Assembly: GCA_001914235.1 (NCBI GenBank)
Contig: MQUF01000014.1
Location: 2,005-66,004 of the forward strand
Length of the DNA stretch: 64,000 bases
Direction of reading: 5' to 3'
Source of the DNA: Desulfobulbaceae bacterium DB1
Lineage (GTDB): Bacteria; Desulfobacterota; Desulfobulbia; Desulfobulbales; SURF-16
A program made the position numbers and the translations under genes. Positions within the stretch are counted from its first letter, which is position 1. Every line of letters starts with the position of its first letter. A model generated the notes under the pieces. That model saw nothing but the letters and a program-made list of their open reading frames with translations. It searched no databases and was not told where the DNA came from. Below are positions 9,576-19,014 of the stretch, in pieces.

Positions 9576-10136
9576 ATGATTCCCAAGATTGAAACCTGTC
9601 TGCGGATGATGGATGAGTATGGAATGCTCGAAAATATCAAGGAGCATTCCAAGGTCGTTACCCGGGTGGCGGAGCTGATCGCAACCGGGTTTGTCAAACG
9701 GGGCGAGCCCATCAATATCGATCTGGTGGTGACCGCCTCGTTGCTGCATGATATCGCGAAAACCCAGTGTCTGGACAGCCGATGTGATCATGCCCGGGTG
9801 GGCGGCGAAATCTGCCGCAGTCACGGCTTTGACCTGATAGCCGATATTGTTGCCGAGCATGTTCTGATCAACAGCAACGGCAGCAGCCCGATTACCGAAA
9901 AAGAGATCGTTTATTATGCCGACAAGCGGGTTAATCATGACCAGGTTGTCAGTCTCCATGACCGGCTTGATTACATTCTTGAGCGCTATGGTCGGAATGA
10001 TGCTCGCCGGCATGAGTCGATCATAAAGAATTTCCACAAGTGCAGGCAGTTGGAAAAAAGGATTTTCGCCTATCTGGACTTTTTGCCGGATGAGGTTCCT
10101 GTCCTTCTGCGCGCACAGAGCGGATGGGTCGTATGA
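9576..10136 (+). CDS. HD-domain phosphohydrolase (HDIG/YqeK-like), function unknown
   Basis: 186 aa. SLLHDIAK HD motif and downstream ADKRVNHD. Stop overlaps a possible hemH start (ATGA at 10133-10136). Confidence 0.7.
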   Translation: MIPKIETCLRMMDEYGMLENIKEHSKVVTRVAELIATGFVKRGEPINIDLVVTASLLHDIAKTQCLDSRCDHARVGGEICRSHGFDLIADIVAEHVLINSNGSSPITEKEIVYYADKRVNHDQVVSLHDRLDYILERYGRNDARRHESIIKNFHKCRQLEKRIFAYLDFLPDEVPVLLRAQSGWVV

Positions 10137-11122
10137 AAAAAGAAAATACGGCGGCTGAAACCGTCGGCGTTATTCTGCTCAATCTGGGCGGGCCGGAGCG
10201 GCTTGCCGATGTCCGGCCTTTTCTTTATAACCTTTTTTCCGACCGCAAGATTATCCGCCTCGGTCCCTGGTTCATGCAGAAGCCCATTGCCTGGATGATA
10301 GCCAGGCGCCGGGCGCCGAAAAGCAGCAAGGCCTATGAACTGATCGGCGGCGGTTCCCCCCTGGCCGCCTTAACTCGACAGCAGGGGGCCGCCCTGGAAA
10401 AAGAACTCGGTGCTCACGGCCGTTTCAAGGTGGTCATGGCCATGCGCTACTGGCAGCCCTTTGCCAAGGAAGTTTTAGGCGACCTGGCCGCCAGGGGCAT
10501 CACCCGCATTGTCGCCCTGACCCTCTATCCCCACTATTCCAAGGCCACCACCGGCTCGTCCCTTGAAGACCTGTATCTGGCGGCATCGGCCTTGCGAACG
10601 CCCTTTGACCTTGCGGAAATTGCCGAATGGCCCGACCAGCCCGACTATATCCGCAGCCTGGCCGGCACCATCACCGCGGGCCTGAAAAAATTTCAGGGGG
10701 TCGATGTCCAGCTTGTCTACAGCGCCCACAGCCTGCCGGTTTCCTTCATCGAAGAGGGGGATCCCTACCTTGATCATTTATGCAAAACCATCAGCGCGGT
10801 GGAAGCCTTGACCGGAGTAAGGGGCAAGCTCTGTTTTCAAAGCCGGAGCGGGCCGGTTGAATGGCTCGGCCCGTCAACGCCGGACACCCTGCATGAACTT
10901 GCCGCCCAGGGTTGCAAAAGGGTGTTGATGGTTCCCATCAGTTTTGTTTCCGACCATGTGGAAACCCTCTATGAAATCGATATCCAGTATCGTGAACTGG
11001 CGGAAGAAATGGGCATCGAGCTGCAGCGCACCGAGTCGCTTAATGTCATGCCGGGCTTCATCGCCGGTCTGACAAACCTGGTGCTGGGGGCGGTCCGGGA
11101 AAAGAAGTGGCTGTCTGACTAA
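10124..11122 (+). CDS. hemH: ferrochelatase (proto- or coproporphyrin type not distinguishable by eye)
   Basis: 332 aa. VGVILLNLGGPERLADVRPFLYNLFSD, YPHYS and SAHSLP motifs. Start is either 10124 or 10133. Confidence 0.9.
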   Translation: MGRMKKENTAAETVGVILLNLGGPERLADVRPFLYNLFSDRKIIRLGPWFMQKPIAWMIARRRAPKSSKAYELIGGGSPLAALTRQQGAALEKELGAHGRFKVVMAMRYWQPFAKEVLGDLAARGITRIVALTLYPHYSKATTGSSLEDLYLAASALRTPFDLAEIAEWPDQPDYIRSLAGTITAGLKKFQGVDVQLVYSAHSLPVSFIEEGDPYLDHLCKTISAVEALTGVRGKLCFQSRSGPVEWLGPSTPDTLHELAAQGCKRVLMVPISFVSDHVETLYEIDIQYRELAEEMGIELQRTESLNVMPGFIAGLTNLVLGAVREKKWLSD

Positions 11123-11132
11123 AAAAAGACTC

Positions 11133-11159
11133 CGGCAGGCGCGTGTCCCGCGCTTGCCG
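11133..11159. terminator. bidirectional intrinsic terminator between convergent hemH and cvfB
   Basis: 11-bp stem cggcaggcgcg / cgcgcttgccg (one G-U) with a 5-nt loop. A7 run at 11121-11127 gives a T-run for the minus-strand transcript. ttgattt follows on the plus strand. Confidence 0.6.
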
Positions 11160-11191
11160 CTTGATTTGCGCTCAGCGCGCATCTTTTCCCC

Positions 11192-12025
11192 TCACCCGGC
11201 AAGGCGGATATCATTGGTGTCGATGATGATGAGCCTTTTTTTGTACAGGGCGCCGATCGCCTTTTTGAAGTTTTTTTTGCTCACCCCGAACAGGGCATAG
11301 ATATCTTCCGGCGGACTTTTATCGCTGACGGCGATTCTGCCGCCATGGGCCTGCAATGTCGCGAGGACGGCCTGGGCAATGTCGTCGACAGCCCGGCCGC
11401 CCGTTTTTTGCAGGCTCAGGTCGATTTTGAGGTCTTCCCGTATTTTTTTGATAAAGCCTTTCACCCGCCGACCGACGGCAAGCCGCTGAAACACCTCGTT
11501 TTTATAGATCATCCCTCCATGGCACTGGTTGACAATCGCCTTGTATCCCAGATCGGTTTGCTCGGCGATGAGCAGGTCCACCTCCTGCCCCTCGGTATAC
11601 TCCGGGGGCTGCAGATCGAGGAATTTGTCAATTTTGGCGGAGGCAATGATACGATTGGTTTTTTCATCCAAAAAGAGATGGACAATACAGGATTTGCCTT
11701 CCTGCATCCTCTGCCGTTGTTCACTTTTCGGCACAAACAGATCTTTTTCCAGCCCCCAATCAAGAAAGGCGCCCGAGGAGGTGATTGTCTTCACCCGTAA
11801 TGGGGCAAACTCTCCGACCGTTGCATGCGGTTTGCGGGTGGTTGCCCGCAGGTGATCCTCCTGGTCGGTATAAACAAAGACCTCAATCTCATCGCCGGCT
11901 TGGCATTTTTCCGGGACCTCCCGTGTCGGCAGGAGAATATCTCCTGATTCCCCGCCGTCAAGGAGCGCGCCGTCGTTCCGGGTTCTTTTTATCGTCAGTT
12001 TATTTATCTTGCCGATCCGTGCCAT
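11192..12025 (-). CDS. cvfB: S1-like RNA-binding protein, CvfB/YitL family
   Basis: 277 aa. Repeated S1-like segments and a C-terminal winged-helix-like region (KKNFKKAIGALYKKRLI). Overall resemblance to CvfB, recalled from memory. Confidence 0.7.
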   Translation of the reverse strand: MARIGKINKLTIKRTRNDGALLDGGESGDILLPTREVPEKCQAGDEIEVFVYTDQEDHLRATTRKPHATVGEFAPLRVKTITSSGAFLDWGLEKDLFVPKSEQRQRMQEGKSCIVHLFLDEKTNRIIASAKIDKFLDLQPPEYTEGQEVDLLIAEQTDLGYKAIVNQCHGGMIYKNEVFQRLAVGRRVKGFIKKIREDLKIDLSLQKTGGRAVDDIAQAVLATLQAHGGRIAVSDKSPPEDIYALFGVSKKNFKKAIGALYKKRLIIIDTNDIRLAG

Positions 12026-12567
12026 TTTTTCCCCTGTTGTTTTTTTCGTGGTGAGCGTGACCTTCTTCCCTTGTCGCGCCGATCCTGCGTCCAGCCGGCA
12101 AACTCCGGTTCGTACCCCACGGTGAACGGGCTGGTCGTGTTGTTGCGGAGGCTGAGGAAATGGGCATTATTTTTGTCAAAGGGACAAACCGGCATGGCGC
12201 ATGGTTCAAATCCGAACCTCTGGTAAAAGCCGGGGTCACCCAGGACAAAGATGGTGCTTTCCCTGATCTCATCCTGCCGCAAGGCAAAGCGGAGCAATTC
12301 CGAGCCGACCCCCTGCTTTTGAAACTCGGGCTTGACCGCCAGCGGCGCCAGATGCAACCCGCAAACCGCGGAGCCGTTATAGGCCCGCGAAAAAGTAATC
12401 GAGGCGATGACTGTATTGGTATGAATGCACACCCACTCATGCAGCGCCTTGTTGTTTTTGTGGAGATTTTCAACGAGCTGTGCTTCATGAATGCTGTCGG
12501 GGAAGGCCTGCCGCAGCAGGGCCGTGACCTTGGCATGATTTTCAGTCGTGAGTTTGCGTATTTTCAT
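12004..12567 (-). CDS. GNAT family N-acetyltransferase
   Basis: Start at the internal ATG 12567 (MKIRKLTTENHAKV...). Acetyl-CoA binding motif QKQGVGSELL and C-terminal YQRFGF. The upstream part of the 302-aa track ORF overlaps the neighbouring gene and is Arg/Pro-rich junk. Confidence 0.75.
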   Translation of the reverse strand: MKIRKLTTENHAKVTALLRQAFPDSIHEAQLVENLHKNNKALHEWVCIHTNTVIASITFSRAYNGSAVCGLHLAPLAVKPEFQKQGVGSELLRFALRQDEIRESTIFVLGDPGFYQRFGFEPCAMPVCPFDKNNAHFLSLRNNTTSPFTVGYEPEFAGWTQDRRDKGRRSRSPRKKQQGKKWHGSAR

Positions 12568-12634
12568 TTTTTTTCTTTTCCTTATTTCGCCAAGCTGCCC
12601 CTGAAATTCACCGTCATGCGGCAGGCGCGGAAGA

Positions 12635-13972
12635 TCAAGCTGAGCAGCGGATCCGTTCGACGAGGCGTTTGAGGCGACCATGGGCGGCATGAAGCTCGGC
12701 AAGGTCGACAAAGGCCTTGGTCTTTTCGGCTTTGGCCGGATCAAAACCGCCGTGCAGGGGATGACGGCCGAGCAGCGCGGTGACAAAGGCGCGTTCCAGG
12801 CGATCACCCGGTTCATCCGACTGCTCCATCTCGGGCAGCTCATACCAGGCACGAAAGGCGGGCTCTTGCATGGCCTGCCGCGCCTCCTGCCGGAGGTCAA
12901 GGGTTGCGGCAAAGCCGTGGCGGAAGAGATCGGTTATGCACCAGATATCGAGCAGGGCGGCCGCTTTGACCGCGGCATCCGCGCCCTCGGGCGGGAGGTT
13001 TTCCTGCTGTGTTGACAGTGATTCCAGGCCCAGGGAAATGGTGTCCCGCACCCGTTCGGCAATATCCATGATCTGTTTGATATCATGTGTTTTTTCACCA
13101 TAGGCGATGATCGCGCTGTTGATGGCCCAGACGATTTCCTGTTCCAGGCGGGAAAGGAAATCCTTGTCCACAATCAGGGCCAGGGCCTGCTGTAACAGGG
13201 TGGTTTCGATCAAAGGGGAGGCATAGACGGAGGGAACCCGGGTGATGGCATTGTCCAGCGCTTCCTTGGTTCGGGGCAACGGCTGGTGCGTGGGTGGCCG
13301 GGAAAAGAGGACGGATGCCTCGTCCGGTGCGACAAAGCCGATATCCTCCATGCGGCAGTTGCGGAAGCGCAAGGCCTCTTCCTCGATCTGCGTTTCCAGA
13401 TCCACCCGAATCTGGCTGAGGAGTTCGTGGGCCGCGGTTGAATCGTGCTGGTACAGGGCATCCAGCAAGGTAAACGGATGGGTTTTCAGCGATATTTCCG
13501 ATTTTAATTCCAACAGATAGAAGCCGTCCGGAGTCATGGCGCGGGTCGTCTCGTTTTCCTCGTCCTCCGGCGGAACCTGATCGGTATCAGGATCATACAC
13601 CGTGACGGTCTTGGTCAGGAAGAGCAGCTGTAAGACGTAGTTCAGGGAGAAAAAAGCCGTGGCCAGCTTTCCGGGTCCGGCCAGCGCAAAGGCGGACAGC
13701 CATTCATCCAGGCTGTCAACGGCAAAGTCGTAACGGTTCCAGCAGTCGAGATCGATACATGCCTCCAATTGTTCCTGGTTGAGCTGGAGGAGGATGGGCA
13801 GGGCCTGATCCAGGCCGATCTCCCGGACAATATAGTAGGCTTCCAGGGGTTCGAGGCCGGCGACCTCGGCGGGCAGGTCGCTTGCGGCCAGAAGCCGCTC
13901 GCCCCTGCGGGCCAGGGCGCGGGTCAGATCAGCGCGAAACGGGGTTAATTCGACGATTTTGTTGTCTGTCAT
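12635..13972 (-). CDS. conserved hypothetical protein (~445 aa, acidic, helical)
   Basis: Long ORF with coding-like composition. Start placed at MTDNKIVELTPF (13972); the upstream ATG at 14020 is also possible. No motif recognised. Confidence 0.6.
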   Translation of the reverse strand: MTDNKIVELTPFRADLTRALARRGERLLAASDLPAEVAGLEPLEAYYIVREIGLDQALPILLQLNQEQLEACIDLDCWNRYDFAVDSLDEWLSAFALAGPGKLATAFFSLNYVLQLLFLTKTVTVYDPDTDQVPPEDEENETTRAMTPDGFYLLELKSEISLKTHPFTLLDALYQHDSTAAHELLSQIRVDLETQIEEEALRFRNCRMEDIGFVAPDEASVLFSRPPTHQPLPRTKEALDNAITRVPSVYASPLIETTLLQQALALIVDKDFLSRLEQEIVWAINSAIIAYGEKTHDIKQIMDIAERVRDTISLGLESLSTQQENLPPEGADAAVKAAALLDIWCITDLFRHGFAATLDLRQEARQAMQEPAFRAWYELPEMEQSDEPGDRLERAFVTALLGRHPLHGGFDPAKAEKTKAFVDLAELHAAHGRLKRLVERIRCSA

Positions 13973-14128
13973 ATTCTCTGTCAGTTGGAGGTGATCGAAG
14001 TTTCTTGCCGCAAAGGGCAATTTTTAAAGCAATTCTTTACTTGTTCCGCAACCGGAGTCAAGGGCGCCAGCATATACTTGATCCTCTCTATATAATGCAA
14101 TAATGCACACCTGTCCCTTCTATGTTTT

Positions 14129-14323
14129 TCAACCTTCAATCTTTTTGACGCGACCGACTGCGCCGCTTTCCAGTCGAACCTTAATGCCGTGGGGGTGGGT
14201 TGGGGATTTTGTCAGGATATCTTTGACGATTCCTTCCGTTAGTTTCCCGGATCGCTGATCCTGTTTCAAGACGATGAAAACGCGAAAGCCTGCTTTTATA
14301 TCGTTTCTGTTCATGCCGTTCAT
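14129..14323 (-). CDS. ywbE: YwbE family small protein
   Basis: 64 aa. DQRSGKLTEGIVKDILTKSPTHPHGIKVRLESGAVGRV matches the YwbE (DUF2196) pattern recalled from Bacillus. Confidence 0.75.
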   Translation of the reverse strand: MNGMNRNDIKAGFRVFIVLKQDQRSGKLTEGIVKDILTKSPTHPHGIKVRLESGAVGRVKKIEG

Positions 14324-14331
14324 GATTGACT

Positions 14332-15828
14332 TTATCCCTCGGTCTCTTGGTGAACCAGATCTTCAGCGATTTCCCGGAACTGCTCCAAGGCGGCTTCGAG
14401 GTCTTCGATGATCTCGGCGGCAATGATGCCGGGATCGGGCAGATTATCGGAATCCTCCAGGGATTCGTCCTTGAGCCAGAAGATGTCGAGGCTTGCCTTG
14501 TCGCGGTTGATGATTTCATCGTAATCATATGACCGCCAGCGGCCGGCTTGATTGTCTCCTGACCAGGTGGGGTTGCGGTCCCGGCGGTTGGCAGGGTTGT
14601 AGTTTTCGACAAACTCGTCCAGATCGCTTCGTTTCAAGGGGTTGGTCTTAAGGGTGAAGTGGATGTTGGTGCGGAGATCATAGATCCAGAGTTTTCTGGT
14701 CCACGGGGTTTCCGAGGCCGGTTTCTTATCAAAGAAGAGGACGTTGGCCTTGACCCCTTGAGCGTAGAACAGGCCGGTGGGCAAACGCAGCAGGGTGTGG
14801 ACGTCACAATCGTGCAGGAGTTTGCGGCGCACGGTTTCCCCGGCCCCGCCTTCGAAGAGGACATTATCCGGCACCACGATGCCGCAGCGGCCATGCTGTT
14901 TGAGCAGGGTTTTGACATGCTGGACGAAGTTGAGCTGTTTGTTGGAGGTGGTGGCCCAGAAATCCTCACGCTCAACAATATCCACCTCCTTGGAGGCCTT
15001 GCCGTCTTCGCCGACAATGGTGGTGCTGCTCTTTTTGCCGAAGGGGGGATTGGTCAGGACGATCTCAAAGCGGTCGCCGGGATCGGCGGCCAGGGAATCG
15101 GCCACGGTGAGCGGCAGTTTGCCGCCGTTATTGCCGATGCCGTGCAGCATCAGGTTCATGGCGCAGAGCCGGGCGGTATTCTGAACCAGCTCCCAGCCGG
15201 AAAAGGTCGTGTCCTTAAGCGCCCGCTTCTCCTCCTTGGTCATATTGGGGTTATGGGCGATGATGTATTCATGGGCGGCCAGCAGAAAGCCGCCGGTGCC
15301 GCAGGCCGGGTCGCAAATGGTCTCACCCGGTTTGGGCCGGACCACATCAACCATGGCCTGGATCAGCGGGCGCGGGGTGAAATACTGGCCGGCCCCGGAC
15401 TTGGTATCCTGGGCGTTTTTTTCCAGCAAGCCCTCGTAGGCATCGCCCTTGACATCGGCGCTCATCATTGACCAGTTTTCCTTGCCGATCAGATCGACCA
15501 GCAAACGGCGCAGTTTGGCCGGGTCCTGAAACTTGTTCTGGGATTTATTGAAGATCAGCCCCAGTAAGCCTTTTTCCTTCCCTAATTGATCCAGGGTATG
15601 GCGGTAATGATCAAACAGCTCATCGCCGTCTTTCTTGATCAGGCTGGGCCAGTCGTACCCTGCCGGCACCGCACTCGGCTTGTTATACGGGGCGTGGGTC
15701 CGCTCATCCGACATCTTGAGAAACAGCAGATAGGTCAACTGCTCGACGTAATCACCATAACTCATCCCATCATCCCGCAGGACGTTACAGTAGTTCCAGA
15801 GTTTTTGGACGATATTTGCTGGGGTCAT
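14332..15828 (-). CDS. hsdM: type I restriction-modification system, DNA methyltransferase subunit M
   Basis: 498 aa. HsdM N-terminal domain (LWNYCNVLRDDGMSYGDYVEQLTYLLFLK). AdoMet motif DPACGTGGFL. Catalytic NPPFG. Confidence 0.95.
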   Translation of the reverse strand: MTPANIVQKLWNYCNVLRDDGMSYGDYVEQLTYLLFLKMSDERTHAPYNKPSAVPAGYDWPSLIKKDGDELFDHYRHTLDQLGKEKGLLGLIFNKSQNKFQDPAKLRRLLVDLIGKENWSMMSADVKGDAYEGLLEKNAQDTKSGAGQYFTPRPLIQAMVDVVRPKPGETICDPACGTGGFLLAAHEYIIAHNPNMTKEEKRALKDTTFSGWELVQNTARLCAMNLMLHGIGNNGGKLPLTVADSLAADPGDRFEIVLTNPPFGKKSSTTIVGEDGKASKEVDIVEREDFWATTSNKQLNFVQHVKTLLKQHGRCGIVVPDNVLFEGGAGETVRRKLLHDCDVHTLLRLPTGLFYAQGVKANVLFFDKKPASETPWTRKLWIYDLRTNIHFTLKTNPLKRSDLDEFVENYNPANRRDRNPTWSGDNQAGRWRSYDYDEIINRDKASLDIFWLKDESLEDSDNLPDPGIIAAEIIEDLEAALEQFREIAEDLVHQETEG

Positions 15829-15883
15829 TTCTAAAGCCTTTTTGCGGCACAGATTTACATAGAGATCCCCTCATCCATTGCAG

Positions 15884-17311
15884 TTACTTGCGCCGGTCGA
15901 GGGTGTTTTTTGCCACGGTAAAACAGTGAATACTGCTGGGGGTAAACTCGACTTGCACATCCGCGATATCCTTGATGCCGGAGCGTGAAAGTGTTGTCAC
16001 CAGGGGGATTCTTTGAAGTTCATGTTTCTTAACAAATCCCAACAGCCCCTTAATCTCCCGATGATCATCAAAAGCCCGGTCGGACCATTTCACCTCAACG
16101 GCAAAGCGTGGTCTTTGCTGGGCGTCAAGGCTTACCGAGTCCACTTCACCGCTTCTCCACCGCGCATAATATAACGAGTCCACAAAAGCTGCATTATGCA
16201 GCCACTGGCTGAATACGGCGGTTTCAACCAGCTGCCCCATGGCTTCATGATGTTCATCAACGGGTCCGAACAGGGCCGCACGCATGGTTGGGTTGGTAAG
16301 ATAGACTTTGAAGGTCATCATCCTTCTGAAGTGGGCCGCATCCTGATCAATCCTGCGAATCCTGCGGATGAGAAAGGCTGCCTCAAGGTATTCGAGATAC
16401 TTGACGAGGGTATTTTTTGCCACATGAGAAGTCTTGGAAAGATCATCAAGACTCAATTCCTGCCCGGTGTTATAGGCAAGTGTATTAAAGAGGCTGTTCA
16501 ACTCCTGAATATCCGTAATTCCATACAGGATAGGCAAATCACGCAAGAGGACTTTGTCGATAATATCACTTTTAATGTAACGCCTTGGATCTTGCCGGAC
16601 AGCTTCTGAAAAGACGGCCTCAGGGTAGCCGCCAAAGTTCAGGTAGTCGACAAAAGCCTTATTGAGACCTTGGATGTCCTCGGTCTCATACCGTGGAGTA
16701 TTCCCGCTGCCAACAACTTCCCGGATCAATATTTTCTCCAGGCCGATGAAGCGCAAGTATTCAGCAAAGGTGAGAGGAGGAAGAACATATTCGGTAAACC
16801 TTCCGGCCCCGGATTCCGCACTCTTGGTTTTCAGTGCTGCCGCCGCCGAACCCGTGGCCACAAAACTGATGCCGCGAAAGGTATCGACCAATGACTTCAG
16901 GTGGACTTCCCAGCCTTTGAGATATTGGATTTCATCGAAAAACACATATAAGCGGGTGCCGTCCGGACGAGTAAACAACCGTTGGAATCTGGTAACCAAA
17001 CTCTCCAGGGACAACCCGGTATAGATTGGCGTCTCCATGGAAACATAGAGGATGTCCCGACCTTTTATTCCGCCATTATCAAGCAGATCCTGGATTGCGT
17101 GGTAGACCATAATCGTCTTGCCGACCCGGCGCGGCCCAAGCAAAACCACGGCCCGATTCACCCCGGTCTGCCCCACAAGAGACGAGAAATCCGGCAGATA
17201 GGCCCGGCGCGGGAACGCTTGATAGTCGGGTTCGATCCCGGCCCCTGCCTGCCACCATGGGTTATCGAGCCGTAAACGATATTCTATTTCTTTTTCAGAT
17301 ACTTGCAGCAT
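15884..17311 (-). CDS. AAA-type ATPase with DUF4143-like C-terminal domain, inserted between hsdS and hsdM
   Basis: About 475 aa from ATG 17311 (MLQVSEKEIEYRL). Walker A GPRRVGKT, Walker B YVFFDEIQY. The C-terminal half resembles the AAA_14/DUF4143 architecture. Confidence 0.75.
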   Translation of the reverse strand: MLQVSEKEIEYRLRLDNPWWQAGAGIEPDYQAFPRRAYLPDFSSLVGQTGVNRAVVLLGPRRVGKTIMVYHAIQDLLDNGGIKGRDILYVSMETPIYTGLSLESLVTRFQRLFTRPDGTRLYVFFDEIQYLKGWEVHLKSLVDTFRGISFVATGSAAAALKTKSAESGAGRFTEYVLPPLTFAEYLRFIGLEKILIREVVGSGNTPRYETEDIQGLNKAFVDYLNFGGYPEAVFSEAVRQDPRRYIKSDIIDKVLLRDLPILYGITDIQELNSLFNTLAYNTGQELSLDDLSKTSHVAKNTLVKYLEYLEAAFLIRRIRRIDQDAAHFRRMMTFKVYLTNPTMRAALFGPVDEHHEAMGQLVETAVFSQWLHNAAFVDSLYYARWRSGEVDSVSLDAQQRPRFAVEVKWSDRAFDDHREIKGLLGFVKKHELQRIPLVTTLSRSGIKDIADVQVEFTPSSIHCFTVAKNTLDRRK

Positions 17312-17460
17312 ACGAACCCTATAAGGGCAAAACAATGAACAAAGAGTTGTCAAATAAGATCAAAACATTAACCTTGCTAGACAATTAGCAAAAAAAACTT
17401 TACAAATCAAGACATTACGATTGCATGAAACAAATAGTTTTTACAGATTGCGCTCTTGAC

Positions 17461-17502
17461 CCGCTCATCCGACATCTTGAGAAACAGCAGATAGGTCAAC
17501 TG
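17461..17502 (-). repeat. 42-bp exact copy of hsdM codons ~30-43 (isolated hsdM fragment downstream of hsdS)
   Basis: ccgctcatccgacatcttgagaaacagcagataggtcaactg is identical at 15700-15741 (inside hsdM) and 17461-17502 (hsdS/ATPase spacer). Confidence 0.95.
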
Positions 17503-17547
17503 TCAGGCCCTTTCCGAGGCCGAGAGGATCTAATAGCTTTGCCTCGT

Positions 17548-19014
17548 TCATACTTTTTCCTTCTTATCTGTGTTGCGCAGTATAAGCTGGCCGGAAAAGG
17601 CCTTGCTCAGAATTGATTGGCGCAGACGTTCAGCCCGTTTGAGGTTGGCCTCGACCTGGGCCTCGATTTCGCGGGTCAGGGAGAGGCGGCGGTCGACTTC
17701 GGCGACGATGCGGTGTTGTTCGGCGAGGGGCGGGAGTGGAATCACGATTTGTCTCAATCCTGCTAGTGGAACAGTTTTTTGGGCTGTTCCTGTTGCTATC
17801 GCAGTTGCTTGCCTAAATACGTAATTCGAAGCCATCGCAAAAGTGAGATAGTCCATCGGAGAATTTTCATGCGGGCGTAGTATAGCCATGTGGCGCTGAA
17901 TACTAAAGCGTTTTTCGGTTGTGACCCGAACAGGAATGCCATAGCTCCCCACCAAAGTATATAACAGGTCTCCTTGTTTCGGTTGGCGATTGGGATCAAG
18001 AGATTGGTAATAGTCTTCCGCTACATGGCGCGTATTAGAAAAATCAATTTTGCCGCTACGAACATTACCAATTACAATAAATGGAATTCCTTGATCAGTT
18101 TGCGGCGGCGGTTGGTGATCGCCGTCAGTAAGGTGTGCAATTAGTTGCTCGACAGTCGCCCACACCCATCCCTCCGGCAATTCAGGCAGGTCGCTGGTGT
18201 CGGGCGGGGCAGGTTCCTTGTATTTTCCTTTGCCTTGCCACTGGCTGCGACGGGTTTCGAGGATGCGTTGCAGAAGGTGCTCCCCGGTTTCAAGGTCGCG
18301 GCCTTGGCGGCGGGCGGCCGCTCCCGGCGTCCTGCCTTCCGCGGCACTGGCGCGTCCCTGTGCGGCGAGTTCGGCTTCGGTTTCAACCAGGCGTCCTTCG
18401 ACAGCGGCTTTGAGTACGGCGGCTTTGTAGCGTTTGAGGTTGGCCTTGACGCGCTTGAGATTGGTAACGGCTTCATCAAGCCGGGAGAATTGTTTTTCGA
18501 TTTCCGCAACGATGCGTTTTTGTTGTTCAGGCGGAGGCAGAGGAATTTCGCACTCTTTCAAATAGGGAGTTGTAACACGCCGTTGACCAACAGCACCGGT
18601 CATGTATCGTTCTGCTTCGCCACGAAAATTTTTACTAGAAACGTAGTAATAGATGTATCTGGCGTCGATACCTTCTCGGGGACGTAATACATGAAACTCT
18701 GTTGAACCAAAACCGAGATCATTTTTTAGTTTAGGCACGATAGCCATTTTCCCGTTTTCCATACACGGCGTAATTTTAGCAAACAGAACATCTCCTTCTT
18801 GGAATGGAGTGAAACCTTTTTTAACTTCTCCGAATAAGCGTTCTCCACTTACATCTATTGATCCATCTGCCGCCCCAACAGCTGGCATCGGGACAAACGA
18901 GACATTTAGGGCATCGGAAATACCAGCTTTGTTGATGCGAGGATTCACATCAGCGATGTCTTCTATTGTTGAAACTGTCCAGCCGACAGGAAGTTGTTTG
19001 TTATCCACTCTCAC
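17548..19014 (-). CDS. hsdS: type I restriction-modification system, specificity subunit S
   Basis: 488 aa. Two target-recognition domains separated by coiled-coil conserved regions (LPPPEQQKRIVAEIEKQFSRLDEA and LPPLAEQHRIVAEVDRRLSLTREIE). GTG start overlaps the upstream stop (GTGA). Confidence 0.92.
   Translation of the reverse strand: MRVDNKQLPVGWTVSTIEDIADVNPRINKAGISDALNVSFVPMPAVGAADGSIDVSGERLFGEVKKGFTPFQEGDVLFAKITPCMENGKMAIVPKLKNDLGFGSTEFHVLRPREGIDARYIYYYVSSKNFRGEAERYMTGAVGQRRVTTPYLKECEIPLPPPEQQKRIVAEIEKQFSRLDEAVTNLKRVKANLKRYKAAVLKAAVEGRLVETEAELAAQGRASAAEGRTPGAAARRQGRDLETGEHLLQRILETRRSQWQGKGKYKEPAPPDTSDLPELPEGWVWATVEQLIAHLTDGDHQPPPQTDQGIPFIVIGNVRSGKIDFSNTRHVAEDYYQSLDPNRQPKQGDLLYTLVGSYGIPVRVTTEKRFSIQRHMAILRPHENSPMDYLTFAMASNYVFRQATAIATGTAQKTVPLAGLRQIVIPLPPLAEQHRIVAEVDRRLSLTREIEAQVEANLKRAERLRQSILSKAFSGQLILRNTDKKEKV

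Noticed and set aside
12568-12912. N-terminal 115 codons of the 302-aa track ORF (would extend the GNAT gene)
   Set aside because: The extension is Arg/Pro/Ser-rich and overlaps the 3' end of the upstream 445-aa gene. The GNAT fold begins at MKIRKL (12567).
14181-14612. 143-aa minus-strand ORF overlapping ywbE and the hsdM 3' end. Small ORFs at 23958-24200 and 19232-19417 were also considered.
   Set aside because: These are out-of-frame overlaps with well-supported genes, or they sit in promoter regions. They show biased composition, no RBS and no motifs.
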